64,000 nucleotides of DNA from Nitrospirota bacterium (GTDB taxonomy: Bacteria; Nitrospirota; Thermodesulfovibrionia; Thermodesulfovibrionales; Dissulfurispiraceae): the NCBI GenBank assembly GCA_040758355.1, contig JBFLWF010000013.1, forward strand, positions 1-64,000, in the 5' to 3' direction. Position numbers and translations under genes: made by a program. Shown here piece after piece: positions 9,676 through 18,284 of the stretch. Position 1 is the stretch's first letter. Each line of letters begins with the position of its first letter. Under the pieces are notes generated by a model. The model saw only the letters and a program-made list of their open reading frames with translations. It did no database searches and was not told where the DNA came from.

Positions 9676-11007
9676 TTATTTCAAAATTGCCTTTAATCCC
9701 TTCACTGCCCTTTCTGGTGAAGGATAAACAGGTATCTTCATCTTCTCAAGAAGGGAGATAATCCTTCTCGCAACGCCATTGGCAGGGATATGAAACACTA
9801 CCGGTTTGTTCACATCCGTCATGACACGCTTAATCATACCTGCAAGCCCCTCTGTTATACCCATAACATTGGGCAGGGCAATGATCACAAAGCCGTCATA
9901 ATCATCCCTGAGTTCGTTTAGTGCTGTAATATAGTCTTCATCCCTCACCTGTGCAGTCAGGTCAATGGGATTATTGATGCCGTAAAAATATGGAAATACA
10001 TGTCTGAGTTTTTCTGCCTTATCATCAGGTAATTTTGCAACCTCAAGCCCCTGTCTCATGCACTCGTCGGCGGCAAGCACACCTGAGCCCCCGCCGTTTG
10101 TAATGATGCAGACACGATTACCTTTTGATGGTCTCTGATACGAAAGAGCCTTTGTCGCGTCGATCAGTTCATCAAAATCCATCGTCTCCTTTATCCCAAA
10201 TTGTTTGAGGATCGAATTGAAGACCTCGTATTTACCTGCAAGCCTTCCTGTATGGGAAAAGGCTGCTGCCTGCCCGCTCAGTCCCTTCCCTGCCTTGAGT
10301 ATGATAAGGGATTTTTTTCCCGACAATCCTTTTGCCCTTTCTATAAATTTTCTTCCGTCTCCCAGAGATTCCACGTAGGAAATCACTACATCCGTATCTT
10401 TATCTTCAGCAAGATATTCGTATAAGTCCGACTCATCTATATCTATGGCATTGCCGTAACCTATAGCCTTTGATATGCCTGTATTTGCCTCTCTAACAGC
10501 GCCGAGAAGACAGCTTAAAATCGCACCGCTCTGGGATACAATAGCAACATTGCCTTTTTTTGGCCTCTTCAGCCTCTCATAAGGGAGAAAAAATGTATCG
10601 AGTCTTTGATATGGATTGTATAACCCCATGCAGTTCGGCCCTAAAATCCTCGCGCCAATTTCTTTTCCTATCTTTTTTACCTCATCTTGAAGCTCATTCT
10701 GACCTATCTCTGCAAAGCCTGAGCTGGCAATTATTACGCACTTAGTTTTATCTTGAAGTCCCTTGAGTATTTCAGGAACCTCTGATGCAGGCCTCATGAT
10801 TATTGTCAGATCAACAGACTCAGGAATATCTTTAACAGAAGAATAAGTCTTTAAGCCCATGAGTTCTGTATAATTCGGATTTACAGGATAAACCCTGCCC
10901 CTGAATTTAAGCAGGTTCTTGAGAATAACACCGCCCAGCTTTTCTTCGCTGTGCGCAGCGCCGATAAGGGCAATGGATTTGGGGTTAAAAAGATAATTTA
11001 GGTTCAT
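9676..11007 (-). CDS. Acyl/acetate-CoA ligase (ADP-forming) alpha subunit
   Basis: FNPKSIALIGA, ILGPNCMG, SQSGA, SHTG phospho-His, TNGGGSGVLAAD, NPIDL; no ATP-grasp beta part. Confidence 0.88.
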   Translation of the reverse strand: MNLNYLFNPKSIALIGAAHSEEKLGGVILKNLLKFRGRVYPVNPNYTELMGLKTYSSVKDIPESVDLTIIMRPASEVPEILKGLQDKTKCVIIASSGFAEIGQNELQDEVKKIGKEIGARILGPNCMGLYNPYQRLDTFFLPYERLKRPKKGNVAIVSQSGAILSCLLGAVREANTGISKAIGYGNAIDIDESDLYEYLAEDKDTDVVISYVESLGDGRKFIERAKGLSGKKSLIILKAGKGLSGQAAAFSHTGRLAGKYEVFNSILKQFGIKETMDFDELIDATKALSYQRPSKGNRVCIITNGGGSGVLAADECMRQGLEVAKLPDDKAEKLRHVFPYFYGINNPIDLTAQVRDEDYITALNELRDDYDGFVIIALPNVMGITEGLAGMIKRVMTDVNKPVVFHIPANGVARRIISLLEKMKIPVYPSPERAVKGLKAILK

Positions 11008-12176
11008 GCACTTTCTATAAATAATAATGCTGGGTCTTCGAGGTACTGAATCACCTTTGACAAAAACTTTGCCGAATCTACTCCGTCCGTTACCCTGTGG
11101 TCAAAGGTCAGAGATAACGGAAGAATCTTTCTAATCACAACCTGCCCATCCTTTACCCATGGCTTTTCTGAAATCTTTCCTGTGCCTAAGATTGCAACGT
11201 CAGGATAATTAATGATAGGGGTCGCAAATACGCCTCCGAAGTGTCCGTAATTCGTTATAGTAAATGTGCTTCCCTTCATCTCCTCAAGTTTTATCTTCCT
11301 CTCCCTTGCCTTTTGGCTCAAATCCTGTATTTCCTTTACAAGTTCAAGAATCGTCTTTTTATCAACATCTTTTATTACAGGAACCATGAGACCGTCAGGT
11401 GTGTCAACTGCAATACCCATATTGTAATATTTCTTGATGATGATCTCCTCTTTTTCCTCATCCACAGAGGCATTGAGCAATGGATGCTCTGCAAGGGCAT
11501 GATGCACAGCCTTTATGAAAAATGGCAAAAAGGTCAGATGAATGCCTTTATCAAGCAGCGCCTTCTTTTCACGCTCACGCAAGTTCCATAATTCTGTAAT
11601 ATCAGCCTCATCCATTCCTGTTACAAAGGCAGTTGTTTTCTGTGACAATATGAGATTCTTTGCTATCGTTCTTCTCAATCCCCTAATAGGCATTCTTTCC
11701 ACAGTGCCATATTGATCTTCTATCTTCTTGGCCTTTTCAGATGCCTCGATGACATCCTCTTTTGTAATACTCCCGCCGGGGCCTGAGCCTTTGATGGTCT
11801 CAATTTTAACTCCAAGCTCTTTTGCCAGCGCCCTTACTGCCGGTGTCGCAAGTATCTCCTCCTCTTCAGGAAGAATACCAACAACAGAGACAGATTTCGG
11901 CCTTTCTTCAGGTTTTGGTTTTTCTTCAACAGCCTCTCCTTCTTCAGCAATGGCCATTAATACCTCTCCGACCTTTGCAATATCGCCGATGTCTTTATTA
12001 ATTTTCAATACCCTTCCTTTTTTTGGAGAAGGCACTTCAACAATTGCCTTGTCGGTCTCTATTTCGAGAATGGTCTGATGCTCTTCTATGGCATCTCCTT
12101 CTTTTACAAGCCATTTCCTTACCTCGCCCTCTGTTATACCTTCACCCAAATCCGGCAATACAAAATCAAATGGCAT
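11004..12176 (-). CDS. pdhC: 2-oxoacid dehydrogenase E2, dihydrolipoamide acyltransferase
   Basis: Lipoyl ETDKA, E3-binding ATPAVRALA, catalytic DHRVTDG. Confidence 0.92.
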   Translation of the reverse strand: MPFDFVLPDLGEGITEGEVRKWLVKEGDAIEEHQTILEIETDKAIVEVPSPKKGRVLKINKDIGDIAKVGEVLMAIAEEGEAVEEKPKPEERPKSVSVVGILPEEEEILATPAVRALAKELGVKIETIKGSGPGGSITKEDVIEASEKAKKIEDQYGTVERMPIRGLRRTIAKNLILSQKTTAFVTGMDEADITELWNLREREKKALLDKGIHLTFLPFFIKAVHHALAEHPLLNASVDEEKEEIIIKKYYNMGIAVDTPDGLMVPVIKDVDKKTILELVKEIQDLSQKARERKIKLEEMKGSTFTITNYGHFGGVFATPIINYPDVAILGTGKISEKPWVKDGQVVIRKILPLSLTFDHRVTDGVDSAKFLSKVIQYLEDPALLFIESA

Positions 12177-12299
12177 AATGTCTCCTTTTCATCTGCTTTC
12201 TGATAAAAAGGATAACATGCACGATGGGTACAGTCAATGTTGACGAGAGCCCGCACATAATATGCTATACTGTTTTAAAGCACGGAAGGGGTCATAACC

Positions 12300-13196
12300 A
12301 TGAAAAAACTCGCAAACAGATCTTTGCATATAGTTTTAATCCTTCTTCTCCTCAATCTGTTCGTCCATGCCCATGATGCCGTTTCTCAGGACAAAAAGAA
12401 CTTTCTCTGGAAGGTCCAGTCAAACACAACTACTGTTTATTTATTGGGATCCGTACATTTTATGAGAAAGGACAGCTATCCTCTGGACAGCAAAATCGAG
12501 GATGCATTTAAAAAATCGAATATCCTTGTGGTAGAGGCAAATATCAATGATACAGCAAAGATGGATGTACAGAGGCTTATGGCAGATGCCTATTATCACG
12601 GCAGCGATACGCTTGACAAACATGTTTCAAGGGAGACCTATGATCTCATAAAAAAAGAGACAGAGAGGCTCGGCATCCCCATCCAGATGATCAACAAACA
12701 AAAGCCATGGATTATTGCATTAACGCTATCTTCCTTAGAACTCTTAAAATTGGGGTTTACTCCAACTGACGGCATAGACATGTATTTTCTTTCAAAGGCT
12801 GGAGGGAAAAGGATAGTGGAGCTTGAGAGCGTTGATTATCAGATAAGGCTTCTTTCCTCATTTTCCGACAGAGAACAGGAACTGTTTTTGCTTTATACAT
12901 TAAAAGACCTAAAAACCATCCGTCAGGAAATGGAACAATTGCTGCATACATGGAAATCCGGAGACATAAAGGGCATGGAGTTATTAATATCGAAGTGGAA
13001 CTCCGGCGATGCGCAATTGACTCCGATTTACGAAAAATTGATCTATGAAAGGAACAGGCGCATGACATCGCGGATAGAAGAATTTCTGAGAACAGGAGAA
13101 ACCTATTTCGTGGTTGTGGGTGCAGCACATCTTATCGGAGACAGGGGAATCGTCAGGGCGCTAAAGGATAAAGGGTATTCTGTTGAACAAAACTAA
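12300..13196 (+). CDS. TraB/GumN family secreted protein
   Basis: Signal peptide, YLLGSVH, ERNRRM and FVVVGAAHLIG motifs. Confidence 0.88.
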   Translation: MKKLANRSLHIVLILLLLNLFVHAHDAVSQDKKNFLWKVQSNTTTVYLLGSVHFMRKDSYPLDSKIEDAFKKSNILVVEANINDTAKMDVQRLMADAYYHGSDTLDKHVSRETYDLIKKETERLGIPIQMINKQKPWIIALTLSSLELLKLGFTPTDGIDMYFLSKAGGKRIVELESVDYQIRLLSSFSDREQELFLLYTLKDLKTIRQEMEQLLHTWKSGDIKGMELLISKWNSGDAQLTPIYEKLIYERNRRMTSRIEEFLRTGETYFVVVGAAHLIGDRGIVRALKDKGYSVEQN

Positions 13197-13201
13197 TGGT
13201 T

Positions 13202-14176
13202 CTAATACTTCATTACTTCCTCAATAACCTTTCTTATCCTCTCCACAGTTGGCGTGTAATAGTCCTCGAGTTTTGGAAGGGGCATTACAACATCGTATCC
13301 TGTAATCCTCATTATCGGGCCTTTTAAATAAAGCATTGCATCTTCTGCAATGGTTGCTGAAAGTTCTGCGCCGAATCCGCAGGTCTTGGGCGCCTCGTGA
13401 ACAATCACAACCCTTCCTGTCTTTTTCACCGATTTGAATATTGTCTCTTCATCGAATGGGTTGAGGGTCATTAAATCTATTACTTCAGCATCAAATTCCT
13501 CCACTGCCTGAAGCGTCCTGTGGAGCATGCTTCCCCATGCAATGACCGTAACATCCTTTCCTTCCTGAACGATCCTTGCCCTGCCGAGTGGAACAGTATA
13601 TTCTCCTTCAGGGACGTCTTCTTTTATGAGGCGATAGAGCCTCGTTGATTCAAGAAAAATCACAGGGTCGGGGTCTCTGATGGATGAAATAAGCAATCCC
13701 TTTGCATTATAAGGCGATGATGGCACGACAACCTTTACACCAGGCATGTGGCAGAACAATGCCTCTGTGCTCTCCGAATGAAGGTCAGGCGCCTTTATTC
13801 CTGCACCATAGGGAGTCCTGACCACCATCGGACACGTGAACCTTCCCCTTGTTCTATTGCGAATCCTCGATGCATGTGAGAATATCTGGTCAATTGCAGG
13901 ATAGATAAACCCCATAAACTGGATCTCTGCAACTGGCTTTAATCCATATGCAGCCATTCCTATGGCAGCGCCCACAATGACGGATTCAGCAAGGGGTGCA
14001 TCTATGACCCTTTCGTCTCCAAATAATTCCAGTAAACCTTCTGTAACTCTAAATACGCCTCCGTCCTTTCCCACATCCTCGCCGAGGATGACAACGCTGT
14101 TGTCCCTCTGCATCTCTTCTTTCAATGCAAGGTTTATTGCCTGAACCATATTTAATTTTTTTGAGTTCTGGGGCAT
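13202..14176 (-). CDS. pdhB: Pyruvate/2-oxoacid dehydrogenase E1 beta
   Basis: GEDVGKDGGVFRVT, EIQFMGF, HSESTE. Confidence 0.92.
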   Translation of the reverse strand: MPQNSKKLNMVQAINLALKEEMQRDNSVVILGEDVGKDGGVFRVTEGLLELFGDERVIDAPLAESVIVGAAIGMAAYGLKPVAEIQFMGFIYPAIDQIFSHASRIRNRTRGRFTCPMVVRTPYGAGIKAPDLHSESTEALFCHMPGVKVVVPSSPYNAKGLLISSIRDPDPVIFLESTRLYRLIKEDVPEGEYTVPLGRARIVQEGKDVTVIAWGSMLHRTLQAVEEFDAEVIDLMTLNPFDEETIFKSVKKTGRVVIVHEAPKTCGFGAELSATIAEDAMLYLKGPIMRITGYDVVMPLPKLEDYYTPTVERIRKVIEEVMKY

Positions 14177-14177
14177 A

Positions 14178-15233
14178 TTAGAAATCCCTCATCTCTCTTA
14201 TCTGCCTTTGTGTAAGACTTTCATAAGTATATGCAAACATATCCTTTGGATTCTGCACTTCTATTGATTCCGCCATCTTAACAGCCTCATCAATCATATC
14301 CCTTGATTTTTCCTCAACCTCTTTCTGATATTGCTCTGTCCATAGTCCATTTTTCTCCATAAACAGTTTCAATCTCAGAACTGGGTCTTTTGCCCTCCAT
14401 GCATCAACCTCCTCCTTGGAACGATACCTCGTTGCATCATCCGCTGTTGTATGGTCAGACATCCTGTACGTGAAGCATTCGATGAATGTGGGGCCTCCGC
14501 CATCTCTTGCCTTATCCAAAGCCTCCTTTGTAGCCTTATAAACAGAAAATATATCATTGCCGTCAATCTGAATGCCTTCAAATCCATAGGCAAGTGCTTT
14601 TTGCGCAAGTGTCTTTGATGCTGTCTGTTTTCCCCTCGGCACCGATATTGCCCACTGGTTGTTCTGGCAGATGAAAACCACAGGCAATTTAAATACTCCT
14701 GCCATATTGAACCCTTCATGGAAGTCGCCCTTTGATGTTCCACCGTCTCCGAAATAACAGATCACTGCTGCTTTGTCTTTTTTGTATTTTGCAGCCATTG
14801 CAGCGCCGACAGCATGCGGCACCTGCGTACCAACAGGGACAGCCAATGGGAATATATTAAGGTCATCCGGGCACTTCATCCCCCTCTCGTCTCCGGACCA
14901 GTACTGAAAAAGCATATGAATTGGATAGCCCATAGTTATATAAACGCCCATCTCCCTGAATGACGGAAATATCCAGTCAGATTTTTCTAATGCAAATGCG
15001 CTTCCGATCTGCGATGCCTCCTGACCTAAAATGGATGCATATGTGCCCATGCGTCCCTCTCTCTGGAGGCTTAAAGCGTGATGGTCAAAGGTTCGCGAGA
15101 GGATAAGCAGTTCATATATCCTCTTTATTTCGGAGTCCGATAGGGAAGGCGTGATGGATTCATCCGCATTCCCCTTCTCATCAAGGATGTCGAGACGCTT
15201 TACATTGAATGATTCTATTATCCTTTCCGGCAT
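14178..15233 (-). CDS. pdhA: Pyruvate/2-oxoacid dehydrogenase E1 alpha
   Basis: TPP motif GDGGTSKGDFHEG...NNQWAIS, HTTADD. Confidence 0.92.
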   Translation of the reverse strand: MPERIIESFNVKRLDILDEKGNADESITPSLSDSEIKRIYELLILSRTFDHHALSLQREGRMGTYASILGQEASQIGSAFALEKSDWIFPSFREMGVYITMGYPIHMLFQYWSGDERGMKCPDDLNIFPLAVPVGTQVPHAVGAAMAAKYKKDKAAVICYFGDGGTSKGDFHEGFNMAGVFKLPVVFICQNNQWAISVPRGKQTASKTLAQKALAYGFEGIQIDGNDIFSVYKATKEALDKARDGGGPTFIECFTYRMSDHTTADDATRYRSKEEVDAWRAKDPVLRLKLFMEKNGLWTEQYQKEVEEKSRDMIDEAVKMAESIEVQNPKDMFAYTYESLTQRQIREMRDF

Positions 15234-15398
15234 CAATTAAAGAATATCACGGAGAAAATTTACAGTCAAATCCATAACCCTCAGCCAAATATCATAGAAT
15301 GGGTGTCGAGTGTGCTGAAAAAGACTTTGCACCCGGAATGTTCAACTGCAAGTAGAAGGTTAATACATGTTTTGCTATACTCCTGATATGGAGGTGTT

Positions 15399-17284
15399 TT
15401 GCAAATGGGAAATTTAGGCGAATTCAAAAAGATATATCCTGAAAAGTTCGCGACCGAAGATAAGATATTCGACAACATCCATCCGGGCGACAGGATTTTC
15501 ATTGGCACCGGCTGCGGAGAGCCACAGTACCTTGTCCGTGCACTCATAAATTATGTCAAGTCCCATCCAAAGGCATTTTTCGATGCAGAGGTGCTTCAGG
15601 TATGGACCCTCGGAGTTGCTCCCTATGCTGATGAAAAATTCAAAGATACCTTCAGGCACAACTCCTTCTTCATCGGCAATAACACAAGGGCTGCCGTCAA
15701 TAAGGGAGTTGCAGACTACACCCCCATATTCCTCTCTGCAGTTCCGAATCTGTTTTACACCAAACGCATATCTGTCGATGTGGCTCTGATACAGACATCT
15801 CTTCCTGACGACCATGGCTATATGAGTCTCGGGATAAGCGTTGATATTGTTAAGGCAGCAGTGGAGTCTGCATCTCTTGTCATAGCACAGGTGAACTCAT
15901 ACATGCCCCGCGTTCATGGCGAGACCTTTATAAACATAAAAAATGTGAGTTTTGTCGTGTCGTATGACGAGCCGCTATTGGAGTTTGAGGCAAGCGTTCC
16001 CGATGATATTGCCCAGAGGATCGGTACGTATGTCTCGCGCATTATTCAGGATGGAGACACAATTCAGGTGGGATACGGGACAATCCCAAATGCCATAATG
16101 TCACACCTGAACAATAAAAAGAATCTCGGCATACATACAGAACTGCTGACCGATGGTGTTATCGAGATCATGAAAAATGGGGTTGTGGATAACACAAAAA
16201 AAGAGCTCAACAAAGGCAAAACCGTGGCAGCCTTTTGCATGGGTAGAAAGGAGACATACGAATACCTTCACGACAATCCATCCATTGAGTTCAGGCCTGT
16301 GAGCTACACAAACAATCCATTGGTTATAGCCAGACACAAAAACATGCAGCAATAAACAGTGCACTGGAAATAGACCTCACAGGACAGGCTACAGCAGAAT
16401 CTCTCGGAAGGATATTCTACAGCGGAATCGGAGGACAGGCAGATTTCATGAGGGGTGCAGTGCTTTCGCAGGGAGGAAAGACCATACTCGCACTCCAATC
16501 CACCGCTGAAAATGACACAATATCAAGGATAGTTCCGAATCTCAAGGAAGGCGCTGGAGTAACTTTAACCAGAGGCGACATTCATTATGTTGTCACAGAA
16601 TACGGCATTGCATATCTTCATGGAAAAAATATAAGAGAGAGAACAATGGCTTTAATAGCGATCGCACATCCAAAGTTCAGACCGTGGCTTATAGAAGAGG
16701 CAAGAAAGCTGAACCTCGTATATAAAGACCAGGCATTTATCCCCGGAGAAAGGGGAGAGTATCCTGAAGATATGGAAACTTACAGAACCACAAAGGCAGG
16801 ACTCCGGATATTTCTACGTCCCGTGAGAATGAGCGATGAGCCGCTGCTTAAGGACTTCTTTTATTCCCTTACAGATGAATGCATGCACCACAGGTTCATC
16901 TCCACAAGAAGGGATATGCCCCATGAGCGCCTGCAGAAATTCGTGATCATCGATTACACAAAAGAGATGGTAATACTTGCTGTGATAGAGCAGGGAGGGA
17001 AAGAGATGATCATAGGCATGGGACAGTATTATATAGATGAAAATGCACATACCGCAGAAGTTGCGTTTGTGGTCAGAGATGATTATCAGGGCAAAGGCAT
17101 AGGCGCCGAGCTTCTTTCATATCTGACTTATCTCGCAAAGAAAAGCGGTCTTCACGGATTTACAGCAGAAGTCCTGTCTGATAACAAGCCGATGCTTAAT
17201 TTGTTTGAAAGAATGGGGTTCGTCATCGAAAGGCGTGCAGAAGCAGGGGTGTATGAATTGACTATGTCTTTCAGAGAAGGCTGA
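15399..17284 (+). pseudogene. Acetyl-CoA hydrolase/transferase-GNAT fusion split by a 1-nt frameshift near 16347 (or sequencing error)
   Basis: ORF 15399-16355 ends at HKNM; the conserved continuation AINSALEIDLTGQ...SGIGGQADF is in the frame of ORF 16448-17284, which ends in a GNAT domain (YQGKGIG). Confidence 0.85.
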
Positions 17285-17291
17285 TAAAGGC

Positions 17292-17738
17292 TTACCTTAA
17301 ACCCAATCTGCTGAGTATGATTCCTAAATACTTATTGATCGGATTATTCCTTTCCAAAAAAGGAATAACAGGAGGCCTTCGCGTCTGGAGTTTATTTAGC
17401 TCTTCAATAATCTGCTGGTTTGTTTCGTATCTCAAGCCGGCCCTAAAGGTATTTATTGCGGTTTCTTTATCAACCGCATGGAGGTATATCTTGCCGAGAT
17501 TAAGATAATGGATGGGATTTTCGGGTTCCCTTTTTATTGCCTCTTCGCAGAGGGAAATCGCCTTTCTTATCTGTCCGCGCTCTTTTGCTATGCATAATGC
17601 CAGATAAGAGACATAAACAGGTACCTCTTTAATCTGGGCTGCCTTTTCAAAATAAACAAGGGCAGAAAGGCCGTGTCCCACAGCAAGCTCGTTTAATCCC
17701 CTCGTAAAAAACTCTTCTGACTCGGTAATTTGTGCCAT
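17292..17738 (-). CDS. Tetratricopeptide repeat protein
   Basis: AIKREPENPIHYLNLGKIYL TPR pattern. Confidence 0.8.
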   Translation of the reverse strand: MAQITESEEFFTRGLNELAVGHGLSALVYFEKAAQIKEVPVYVSYLALCIAKERGQIRKAISLCEEAIKREPENPIHYLNLGKIYLHAVDKETAINTFRAGLRYETNQQIIEELNKLQTRRPPVIPFLERNNPINKYLGIILSRLGLR

Positions 17739-17780
17739 ATAAAATTTTACTATAATCTCGGAATATGTTGCAGTCCCGGA

Positions 17781-18284
17781 CTATTTTTTGATTTTTTTAT
17801 ATTCAAAAAATAATTTAAAGGCAAGCAGGAATATCCCGATGGTAAGGGCTGAATCAGCCACGTTGAATGCAGGCCAGTGGAATCTGCCCGCATACACATC
17901 GAGAAAGTCTATGACATAGCCGCGGATAATCCTGTCTGTAAGATTTCCAGCAGCACCGCCGAGTATCAGGGAAAAGCTCAACCTGTTGTCTCTGTCTTTA
18001 ATAATGAGAACCGTTACAAAAACCATTGCCAGTGCTGCAACTGCTATGAAGAAAATATTGCCAAGGCTCTTAAACATGCCAAATGCAGAGCCGATATTCT
18101 CCACATAGACGATATTGAAAAAGGGTAATACTCTTATAATCTCATATGGACTCACATAGCTCTTTATGAGGTATTTAGTGAACTGGTCGAGGATAAATAC
18201 AAATAAAGCAATCAGAAAAAATGGAATCGGTGAAACAGATTTTACTTCTGGCTTCTGACTTCTGGCTTCTGTGTTCTGATTCAT
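17781..18284 (-). CDS. lspA: Lipoprotein signal peptidase II
   Basis: DQFTK, NIGSAFG, GAAGNLTDR, WPAFNVADS; follows ileS. Confidence 0.95.
   Translation of the reverse strand: MNQNTEARSQKPEVKSVSPIPFFLIALFVFILDQFTKYLIKSYVSPYEIIRVLPFFNIVYVENIGSAFGMFKSLGNIFFIAVAALAMVFVTVLIIKDRDNRLSFSLILGGAAGNLTDRIIRGYVIDFLDVYAGRFHWPAFNVADSALTIGIFLLAFKLFFEYKKIKK

Noticed and set aside
12300..13196. TraB as evidence of conjugation
   Set aside because: TraB/GumN is a secreted hydrolase-like family; no relaxase or T4SS genes are present.
16335..16360. Programmed ribosomal frameshift
   Set aside because: No slippery heptamer or downstream structure noticed; simple deletion or error is more likely.
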